From a virus (lineage: Duplodnaviria > Heunggongvirae > Uroviricota > Caudoviricetes), in the IMG/VR virus record IMGVR_UViG_2671181027_000003: a DNA stretch of 64,000 bases; one strand, given 5' to 3'. The notes beneath the pieces are model-generated. The model saw only the letters and a program-made list of their open reading frames with translations, made no database searches and had not been told where the DNA came from. Position numbers and translations under genes: made by a program. Shown here piece after piece: positions 9,998 to 17,764 of the stretch (positions are counted from its first letter, which is position 1; every line of letters starts with the position of its first letter).

Positions 9998-10080
9998 CAC
10001 AGCGCTGAACGGTTTGGAGTTCGCCACCACCGTCCGAACGGAAAGACTCCGCAAATGTCGCCAAACCGTTCAGCGCTGTG
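9998..10080 (+). repeat. perfect 20-bp inverted repeat (stem-loop) immediately 3' of the tRNA
   Basis: cacagcgctgaacggtttgg ... ccaaaccgttcagcgctgtg with a loop of about 43 nt. Confidence 0.7.
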
Positions 10081-10140
10081 ATAGACACGGCAGACGTTCT
10101 TAACCATTGCTTCTTAGCATCGTAGCAACACTTTTTTAGC

Positions 10141-10178
10141 GCAAACCATAATCCAAAGGGGCTTCGGCCCCTTTTTTC
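10141..10178 (+). terminator. rho-independent terminator
   Basis: ccaaaggggcttcggcccctttttttcttt. Confidence 0.7.
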
Positions 10179-10744
10179 TTTGATAATCATAAACTTTTTT
10201 GTACGTAGTGGGGCAATTTCTGTCAGTCCTACATGCGTATATGGGTTGTGCTATCATATGCAAATTCTAAACAAGCTATTGGAAATGCTACAATCCGAGT
10301 TTTCATACAACGAGAGGGAAGTGCAATGGGGAAGTGAATACTACGCAAAAAAAAAAGAACCCCCGAACGGGAGTTCTTTCTGGTTTTTTTACGACGCCAT
10401 CGTTAAAAAACCTCATATCGCGTTACGAGAACGGATACGTCAATACAAGTTCATCTTACAACTAAGATGAATCTACGTCAATTTGGTCTCGTAGCGCATT
10501 TGATTAATCGAATAGAGGTATCTTTCGATGAGTGAAATGCTAACGACTTTTATTCAGGCTCCTTTGCTGAGCCAGGTCCTAACCGTACTTGCGCTTTACC
10601 TATTGTTTAGGTGCCAACAGAATAAATAGTTTTAATAAAAATGGGGCTTCGGCTCCATTTTGCTTTGCGGTCGTACATATGAATTCAGCAGCATTAGGTT
10701 GACGCTATTTGAGTCTTCTCAGAACATTCTAAGGAACAAAGAAG

Positions 10745-11473
10745 ATGGCAAAGATATTTTTCAGCTTACAACTTTGGGGAGCAAAGACATCAATTGCGGT
10801 CATGAATATGCTTGCCGAACAGGCTGAGGCAAACATTGTTCGCGCTCTCAGTGATGCCGATCTTCCGGGAGCAGTCTCGGAGGGCGAGTATGACGATTAT
10901 CACGAGGACGATGAGGGTAATATTTATCGGTACACGGTTCCGTACTTTACCTGCGGTTCATGTTCTGGACTCGATGCTGATGAAGTCAAAACTGAATACA
11001 AGCACTTGATTTCACAACTTACTCGTCGTTCGGCATTTCTGACGATGTTCGGGTTATTTGAACACCGCATGGTTGAATGCCTTGATGTCATGGATAGATT
11101 GTCGGGCGAGGTGACAGACAAAAGGTTCAAAACTGTCGAAGATTGCCATAAGCGACTTACAGGAACCATAGGAGGCAAAGGCATCAGGGACATTGATCAT
11201 CTAGCTGCCATCAGAAATATCATGGCTCACAACGATGGCGTTGCCGAAAACTATCATAACCTTTTAAAATCAAACGCAAAGAAGTCAGAAACACAGAAGC
11301 GAGATATCCGCGCAATCAATCGTGCAAAGAATGAAAACGCCGGTATAACAGTAAATTTCTTCAACGGCGTTCTCATGGACGATCAGTTTTTGGAGTATGT
11401 TGTGAGTGAGTTTAATCGATATGTTAGTGAGTTGGATGCGGCAGTTCGCCAGTATCAAAGCAGCATCGGTTAA
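10745..11473 (+). CDS. hypothetical protein
   Basis: 242-aa ORF with no recognisable motif and reduced GC. Confidence 0.5.
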   Translation: MAKIFFSLQLWGAKTSIAVMNMLAEQAEANIVRALSDADLPGAVSEGEYDDYHEDDEGNIYRYTVPYFTCGSCSGLDADEVKTEYKHLISQLTRRSAFLTMFGLFEHRMVECLDVMDRLSGEVTDKRFKTVEDCHKRLTGTIGGKGIRDIDHLAAIRNIMAHNDGVAENYHNLLKSNAKKSETQKRDIRAINRAKNENAGITVNFFNGVLMDDQFLEYVVSEFNRYVSELDAAVRQYQSSIG

Positions 11474-11551
11474 TATCGCCCAAGAGCTAAAATATTTATC
11501 TGAAGTGCCACCAGTAATAGGTGCGTGGCTGTTTGCATGGAGATAGCATAA

Positions 11552-12106
11552 ATGAAAAAGCGCAACCTCAATATTCTCGCCTCTCTGGTGATCGCGCTCG
11601 CTCTAACGGGATGTAACGAGTCTGAAGTAGATAAAATCACGCTGATAGGCCAAGACAAAAACTCCCTTGAGAGCCAGTACAAAACCCACTTTGAAAAACG
11701 AACCCCAAACATCGAAGCCTTCGTTCTGTTCGATAAAACTGCGGCTGAAGGCAAGGAACCGCATACCTCTGGTGGATTAATTGACGGCAAAGTTGAGTCG
11801 AGCATGACTACTAACGTCGGCAAATATACCTTCATGCAGCTCGACGAAATGCTTACTAAAGAATACGGTAAGCCGGTTGCCACTAAAGACCAGGTATTTG
11901 ATGAGACAGCCTTGAATGGACTGGAATGTGCCAAGACAATGTCTTGTGCAGCGGGAAAGTATTATGAGGTATTCCGCGGCAAAGAGCGCCTGATCATGAT
12001 GATAAACGGTGCCGGTTTCATGAATAAAGATGAGGGCGTAACGTTACTTACCTTTACCGACAAACACTTAAAAACGGCGCGTCTGGAAGAAGACAAACGC
12101 CACTAA
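11552..12106 (+). CDS. lipoprotein
   Basis: Signal peptide with lipobox, MKKRNLNILASLVIALALTGC. Confidence 0.6.
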   Translation: MKKRNLNILASLVIALALTGCNESEVDKITLIGQDKNSLESQYKTHFEKRTPNIEAFVLFDKTAAEGKEPHTSGGLIDGKVESSMTTNVGKYTFMQLDEMLTKEYGKPVATKDQVFDETALNGLECAKTMSCAAGKYYEVFRGKERLIMMINGAGFMNKDEGVTLLTFTDKHLKTARLEEDKRH

Positions 12107-12146
12107 CAAATAACCATAAGATTGTTTAAACACAGCGAGGTTAATC

Positions 12147-12938
12147 GTGAGTAACAGAGATGATTTTCCCCAATCGGTGAAGCGAACACTGGCCGAACGC
12201 GTAGGCTGGAAATGCTCTTTTCTTGGCTGCAACCAGACAACAGTAGGCCCGGATAGCGGTGATACAAACGGCAGGATTAATAATGGCATTGCGGCCCATA
12301 TTACAGCAGCAGCGCCAGGTGGGCCGAGATATGATCCTAGCTTGACCCCAGAACAGCGAAGCTCGATTGATAACGGTATATGGATGTGTCGTTCACATGG
12401 CGCACTCATTGACTCTGACCACACTATCTATTCCGTTGAGCAATTGAAAAACTGGAAGCAACTGGCCGAAACTCAGCAATCTTTACTGCTTCAAATGACG
12501 CACCAGGTGAGCCAGAACAATTACTCAGAAAGAGACGTCGGTGTTCTAAAAGCTATTACTGATATTTTTAATTACAACTACCTCCAAATACTGAAGAGCG
12601 AACAGTTTCGAGCAAAAGTTAGTACCAACATTACCGACCCTCTCTACGCTTTTGATAGCATTGCAAACAATCCTTTTTACAGCTTCAATGATGTTGTTTT
12701 AGAAGGACTTCGTATAGCGTTGATCGGCAAAGTTAACAACTTTTGTGCGCTGTTCAGACAGCGTTGCGCTGGAGGGTTTGGCGGGTATTATGACTATATA
12801 GACATACCCAAAATCAGACAGTTCAGCCCTGATGAGGTTGAACGCCATTACGATATAATTAACGAAACCCAAGATCTGGCGTATGACATCAGTGTCGCGG
12901 CCCATAAATTACTCGAAATTAGAGCAAAACTGCCGTGA
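12147..12938 (+). CDS. HNH (His-Me finger) nuclease-domain protein
   Basis: N-terminal CSFLGC...GIAAHITAAAPGGPRYDPS...NGIWMCRSHGALID pattern, i.e. Cys pair, AHI, Asn and a C-x-x-H region typical of HNH. GTG start. Confidence 0.55.
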   Translation: MSNRDDFPQSVKRTLAERVGWKCSFLGCNQTTVGPDSGDTNGRINNGIAAHITAAAPGGPRYDPSLTPEQRSSIDNGIWMCRSHGALIDSDHTIYSVEQLKNWKQLAETQQSLLLQMTHQVSQNNYSERDVGVLKAITDIFNYNYLQILKSEQFRAKVSTNITDPLYAFDSIANNPFYSFNDVVLEGLRIALIGKVNNFCALFRQRCAGGFGGYYDYIDIPKIRQFSPDEVERHYDIINETQDLAYDISVAAHKLLEIRAKLP

Positions 12939-13051
12939 GTCATGACGATATTCCTCTACATGGTAGAGGGATAACACATGCAAAATAGGTAATGACTTAC
13001 CTATTATTTGTCGGTATAGTTCTTTCAGTGACTCACTTGAAAGGACTCAAT

Positions 13052-13825
13052 ATGGGAAACAAACGTAAACAGGCGCGTCGCGCAGCTCGTCAGGCACTGA
13101 AGTCAAAACCACGCATCCACGGCTACGAAATTGACACAATCATCGTTGACGAGCTGGCCGCCGCCCCTGCTCTGCCACCAAAACCTAAACGCGACAACTC
13201 TCCCATCGAGGCGCGTAACGAGGCCCAGGCCCACTATCTCATCTCCCTCGATACCAAACCTCTGACGTTCGCCACTGGTGAAGCCGGTTGCGGCAAGACC
13301 TACCTGGCTGCTGCCGTCGCAGCGCAGCGTCTGTTGGATAAGGAAGTCGGGAAGATCATCGTGACGCGTCCGGTATTGCAAGCAGAAGAAGATCTGGGCT
13401 TCCTTCCGGGAGACATGAGCGAGAAGTTCGCTCCGTTCTTCCGGCCCGTCTATGACGTGCTACAGAAGCGTTTGGGTGGCTCGTTCCTTGAATATTGCTT
13501 AAAGCCAGAGGTGGCCAAAGTAGAGATTGCCCCCTTCGCTTACATGCGTGGACGCACGTTCGAGAACGCTGTAGTCATTCTGGATGAGGCACAAAACGTT
13601 ACGGCGTCACAAATGAAAATGTTCCTGACCCGTATGGGCGAGAACGTAACAGTCATTGTGAACGGAGACGTGACGCAATGCGACCTGCCTGGCAACGTTA
13701 AGTCTGGTCTGGAAGATGCACTGGAGCGTTTTAAACCTTCCTCCCATGTTGGCCTTATTGAGTTTTCGACCGAAGACTGCGTGCGTTCTGAGCTATGCAA
13801 AGTCGCACTGGAAGCCTATCAGTAA
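13052..13825 (+). CDS. PhoH-like ATPase
   Basis: Walker A GEAGCGKTYLAAAVA and a PhoH-like C-terminus. Start taken at the internal Met with an aaagga RBS. Confidence 0.7.
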   Translation: MGNKRKQARRAARQALKSKPRIHGYEIDTIIVDELAAAPALPPKPKRDNSPIEARNEAQAHYLISLDTKPLTFATGEAGCGKTYLAAAVAAQRLLDKEVGKIIVTRPVLQAEEDLGFLPGDMSEKFAPFFRPVYDVLQKRLGGSFLEYCLKPEVAKVEIAPFAYMRGRTFENAVVILDEAQNVTASQMKMFLTRMGENVTVIVNGDVTQCDLPGNVKSGLEDALERFKPSSHVGLIEFSTEDCVRSELCKVALEAYQ

Positions 13826-13835
13826 GGGAAAGCCA

Positions 13836-14039
13836 ATGACCAAAGAGTACCTGCCACACCAGAAACGTGTCATGGATGAACACGAAGCACTGTGTGGCCG
13901 CATCAAAGAACTGGAGGCGTACATTGCCGGCGACGAGTTTGCTCGCCTGCTGTATGTCGACCGCATCATCCTCATTAAGCAGCTGGACACGATGAAGGCG
14001 TATGACCTAATTCTTCGTGCCCGGATCGCTCGTTTTTAA
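13836..14039 (+). CDS. hypothetical small protein
   Basis: 68-aa ORF starting MTKEYLPHQ... with an RBS-like sequence upstream. Confidence 0.35.
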   Translation: MTKEYLPHQKRVMDEHEALCGRIKELEAYIAGDEFARLLYVDRIILIKQLDTMKAYDLILRARIARF

Positions 14040-14054
14040 TGTAAGGAAACCAAA

Positions 14055-14435
14055 ATGACCGATATGGATATCGAAAAAGAGATTATGGCCAAAGGCAAAA
14101 CGGCACCGCGTATTACTCCCCAGCACATTGAGGGCATTATTCAAAGCGAGCATTATTTTAGCGCGTATGATGGAGCTAAATCGGGCGGTGAAGAAGTTGA
14201 GCAAATCTGGCACAACAAAGACGATCTGGGAAAAGAATATGAGGTGCTATCTCTTCTAACTTTCTGCGTTCTGGTGCTGCGCAACGGCTTTGTCGTCACC
14301 GGCGAGTCTGCGTGCGCAAGCCCGGAGAACTTTGATCCGGAGATCGGGCGTAAAATTGCACGCCAGAACGCGATTGCCAAAATCTGGCCACTGGAAGGCT
14401 ATCTTCTCAAGCAGCAGCTGCACGAGGTGAAATGA
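14055..14435 (+). CDS. hypothetical protein
   Basis: 126-aa ORF. ATGA overlap with the next gene. Confidence 0.5.
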   Translation: MTDMDIEKEIMAKGKTAPRITPQHIEGIIQSEHYFSAYDGAKSGGEEVEQIWHNKDDLGKEYEVLSLLTFCVLVLRNGFVVTGESACASPENFDPEIGRKIARQNAIAKIWPLEGYLLKQQLHEVK

Positions 14436-14680
14436 TGAAGGTCGTTATCTATGGACGCGATAATTGCTCATACTGCAAACGTGCGGTCGAGCTGGCGAAG
14501 CAGCTGCACGGCCACGGCTTTGGCGATTACGAATACATCGACATTGTGTCTGCCGGGATCGGCAAAGAAAAGTTGAGCGACCTGGTTGGCAAGCCGGTGG
14601 ATACCATACCGCAGGTGTTCGTAAATGGTGAGCCTATCGGGGGTTATACGGAATTTGCGGCGTTGGTGAGTACGCTATAA
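14432..14680 (+). CDS. glutaredoxin (NrdH/Grx-like)
   Basis: VVIYGRDNCSYCKRA CxxC redox motif. 82 aa. Confidence 0.75.
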   Translation: MMKVVIYGRDNCSYCKRAVELAKQLHGHGFGDYEYIDIVSAGIGKEKLSDLVGKPVDTIPQVFVNGEPIGGYTEFAALVSTL

Positions 14681-14681
14681 A

Positions 14682-14711
14682 ACAAAAAAGGCCCATACGG
14701 GCCTTTTTTAT
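14682..14711 (+). terminator. rho-independent terminator (bidirectional context)
   Basis: aaaaaaggcccatacgggccttttttatt. Confidence 0.7.
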
Positions 14712-14935
14712 TGAGCGGGGATGTGCGCTTTACGCAACCGCGCTTTCAGCGTAGATGAGCGATTAACTTTCAGGCTTTCACCTACATATCTGCCGTTAAT
14801 CAGTTTGATCTCTCCTGATTCCAGCTTGTTCTTTAAATCCTTACCAGCAGCTTTCTGTAGTCTTTCGCCCATTTCAAGGCTCAGACGTTCGGCAGAGGTA
14901 GAATAATAATTAATAACTTTCAGTCGTGACGACAT
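14708..14935 (-). CDS. small basic protein
   Basis: 75 aa starting MSSRL, preceded by a perfect AGGAGG RBS. Lys/Arg-rich C-terminus. Confidence 0.4.
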   Translation of the reverse strand: MSSRLKVINYYSTSAERLSLEMGERLQKAAGKDLKNKLESGEIKLINGRYVGESLKVNRSSTLKARLRKAHIPAQ

Positions 14936-15446
14936 AACCTCTTCCTCCTGTTGGTACATCACAATATGCTTCCCATCCAGGAAAACCTTTGTCGAACAAC
15001 CGACTTTTACGTTCTCCATTTAGGCCGAGTAGCTTGCAGTAAATGTCTGCCAAGTCGGTTCTACGCAAATGCTGATGGTCGTCTGCGGCCGAGAAGACAT
15101 AAGCACCTGCGTTACAAACAGTATAATGGTCAAGAATTATACTTGCAACGTTCATGAGCACTTGCCCACCGGCTAGTCCTTGATGTTGAATATGCTGAAA
15201 TCCTTTGAAATCCATCAGTATTGGGTCAATTTCGTCGAAAATCACGCCCCATACACCGTTCTGTGGAAACCGGAATGCTGGATGCACATTCAGGATATCT
15301 ACCCCCTTACGGGTGAAATCATCCATCGTCAATATTTGTTCAAACCCAACGGCATAAAGCGTGCTTCCCACTGCAAATTGTCTGTATACCATCCCATTGC
15401 CGAATTCTTCTGAGAATGGGTCGTCCCAATGAATTAGATTGTTCAC
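14910..15446 (-). CDS. hypothetical protein
   Basis: 178-aa minus-strand ORF upstream of the small basic ORF. It lies between the glutaredoxin and the recombinase. Confidence 0.45.
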   Translation of the reverse strand: MNNLIHWDDPFSEEFGNGMVYRQFAVGSTLYAVGFEQILTMDDFTRKGVDILNVHPAFRFPQNGVWGVIFDEIDPILMDFKGFQHIQHQGLAGGQVLMNVASIILDHYTVCNAGAYVFSAADDHQHLRRTDLADIYCKLLGLNGERKSRLFDKGFPGWEAYCDVPTGGRGYVVTTESY

Positions 15447-15693
15447 TGATTTTCCATGTCTTCAAAACATGCGCCCATTCAAGCAAATACCAGTACGAAA
15501 CACAATTTTTTGTTTAGGCCAATCATCCTGAAAACAGGCGCAGATTTTTAAAAAACGGCTCAAAATGATTCCATACCTATTAAGTATGGAATCATTGTAC
15601 AAAACAGGCTATTTTATGGTTGATCATACAAAAACTTATGCCTAATATACTGTTTATGCATACAGTAAAAAGGCTTCACTCAGTGAGTGGACG

Positions 15694-16800
15694 ATGAAAA
15701 ACACCTTTGATAAAGCACGCGCAGCAGAAAACACCTCTCGGGAAGCCATCGAGTACCTCGAACGCGCTTCCAGTTTGTCGGCAATGTCGACCGCCAAATT
15801 CGACGGAGACATGTCGTTTTCTTCCGCCTTCATGTTATTCACTCGCTTATCTTTACTGATAACGAGGCGTCGACCTGAAATAGCTGTTCATTGTGTTTTG
15901 ATACATGTGATGCCGCATATCTCTGAAGTAAAGGTAAGTGATATAAGTAGGGTCTTGGTCAACCAGCTGGTGAACCCGCTGATACTGGAAGGCAAGATCG
16001 TCCAGGGCAGACGTGTGTTCTCCCTGATGAAACAGTTCCTGAGCTGGTGTGCCTTTCAGGGGCTGATTGATACATCACCGTTGAATGATATGTCGCTCAA
16101 CAGAGTTGCCGGTGGCGCAAAGCCAGTACCGCGCGAACGTAAGCTGACCGACGCCGAGGTCTGGGTATTCTGGAACGTCTGGGATTACTTCAATGTGTGC
16201 GAAGGTACAAAGTGGGCGGCCAGGCTCTGTCTTGTTGCTGCCAGACGACCCGATGAAGTGCTCCGGGCCAGAAAGGATGAGTTCAACCTTCAACGTGATG
16301 TATGGAATCAAGGTACGCGTAACAAATCGGCCAGACAGCACGCGCTGCCGTTAAGCCCATTAATGCGCAAATGCGTGGAAGAGTTGTTTGAGTACGGGAA
16401 AGGCAGCCAGTGGCTCGTTCCTTCGAATAAGAAGAAGGGCGTGGATACGCCAATGTCTAAGGTGGCCATCGCCCAGGCACTGAGAAGGATACTAGAACGA
16501 CCTGAGTTGATGGAGGTTGAGTCATTTACTCCACGCGACCTGAGACGTACAGCGCGTAGTTATTTCCCCGCGCTGGGGATCAATCAGGAAGTTGCTCGTA
16601 AGATTATGAACCACAGCCTTGAAGGGATAGATCGCGTCTATGATCGCCACGATTATATGGATGAGATGCGAGACGCCTTGAACAATTTCTCAGCGTACAT
16701 CGCATCTATCGTTAATCAAACAGACTTAGACGAGATAGACCACAAATTCAAGGGAGATCGTCTAGCCACCGAGCTTATTCGTGTAAATTTCTCACAGTGA
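15694..16800 (+). CDS. tyrosine recombinase (integrase or resolvase family)
   Basis: C-terminal catalytic signature: RRPDEV, TPRDLRRTARSYF (H/R-x-x-R box) and RVYDRHDY (catalytic Tyr region). Confidence 0.7.
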   Translation: MKNTFDKARAAENTSREAIEYLERASSLSAMSTAKFDGDMSFSSAFMLFTRLSLLITRRRPEIAVHCVLIHVMPHISEVKVSDISRVLVNQLVNPLILEGKIVQGRRVFSLMKQFLSWCAFQGLIDTSPLNDMSLNRVAGGAKPVPRERKLTDAEVWVFWNVWDYFNVCEGTKWAARLCLVAARRPDEVLRARKDEFNLQRDVWNQGTRNKSARQHALPLSPLMRKCVEELFEYGKGSQWLVPSNKKKGVDTPMSKVAIAQALRRILERPELMEVESFTPRDLRRTARSYFPALGINQEVARKIMNHSLEGIDRVYDRHDYMDEMRDALNNFSAYIASIVNQTDLDEIDHKFKGDRLATELIRVNFSQ

Positions 16801-17178
16801 CTTGATGGCCTCGACCACCTTTTCTGATGCGCCCTGCTGACCGTTAAAACGGTTACGGAACGCTTCTAGAACAAGTTTTTCATCAGCGGAGAGAGGCGCA
16901 GTTCCCTCTTCGCGAAAAAATTCGAGTAACTCAGGGTGGCGTTCCTCCAGAACCATCAGCATCAGTCGAACCGGGTCCGCATCCAGCGCTTTAGCTAAAG
17001 CTCGAACTTTATCTACCGGCAGAGGGATTTTGCCACTTTTAATGAGAGAGAGGTTGTTGGCGTTCTTGTACCCAACCTCTTTGGCAATGGTGGCCTGACT
17101 TTTAGGCGAGATTGTGATTAACGAGTCAATGTAAGCTGCGTAGCGACCTTGTTTGATCTCTGTTTCGTTGGTAGCCAT
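16792..17178 (-). CDS. HTH XRE-family transcriptional regulator (candidate repressor)
   Basis: SQATIAKEVGYKNANNLSLIKSGK helix-turn-helix. Transcribed divergently from the downstream cluster. Confidence 0.6.
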   Translation of the reverse strand: MATNETEIKQGRYAAYIDSLITISPKSQATIAKEVGYKNANNLSLIKSGKIPLPVDKVRALAKALDADPVRLMLMVLEERHPELLEFFREEGTAPLSADEKLVLEAFRNRFNGQQGASEKVVEAIKSL

Positions 17179-17442
17179 GTAGTGAACCTTGCGTGTTTTG
17201 TTTATCTCTGGTAAGTGCTTACTGATATTACAGCAAAGGCCAGGGTTGTAAAGACTTATCTATTTAATTTCGATAGGTACTAAGCCCCTGGAACACCGCT
17301 ATTATACTATGTTTTTTAGGCAATTTGTCACTATTAGCTTACAGGCAAAAGTAAGACGTATCTGATATAGACGCATTCCATATTGATACAATAGGTAGTA
17401 GTATTGCCAAACTTTCAAATGTGTTCAGTTGGATGATATGAA

Positions 17443-17655
17443 ATGAAAAATATAACTTCTAAATTGACCGCCCTTGAGGTTGGACACGCGTATGCGATTG
17501 GACTGGATGGCGTGGCGACGATCCTGACGGAATTGGAATCCGAAGAGCTTCCCGTGGAGATGGTTGATACGACGGTTTTCACTTTTGAGCTAAAAAATAA
17601 ACATTTCACTCTCATCAATACTGGTTGCGGCTCTCTAGCCGTGAGAACCATTTAA
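17443..17655 (+). CDS. hypothetical small protein
   Basis: 70-aa ORF in the intergenic space before the CobT-like gene. Confidence 0.3.
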   Translation: MKNITSKLTALEVGHAYAIGLDGVATILTELESEELPVEMVDTTVFTFELKNKHFTLINTGCGSLAVRTI

Positions 17656-17764
17656 AACACATTCCTGCCGATAGAAGCCTGTACGAACAGCTTAGTCGCC
17701 TGTTCGTACAGTGATAAATTACGCATATCAGAAAACAAATTGTTTTAATAACAAGGAAATTCTC

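Noticed and set aside
9933-10190. 85-aa minus-strand ORF overlapping the tRNA-Asn and the following stem-loop
   Set aside because: It lies antisense to a well-formed tRNA and a terminator and has no RBS. Treated as a spurious ORF.
10180-10470. 96-aa ORF in the AT-rich spacer after the tRNA
   Set aside because: No RBS and low-complexity composition, and it sits between two terminator-like hairpins. More likely non-coding; a possible sRNA region was noted instead.
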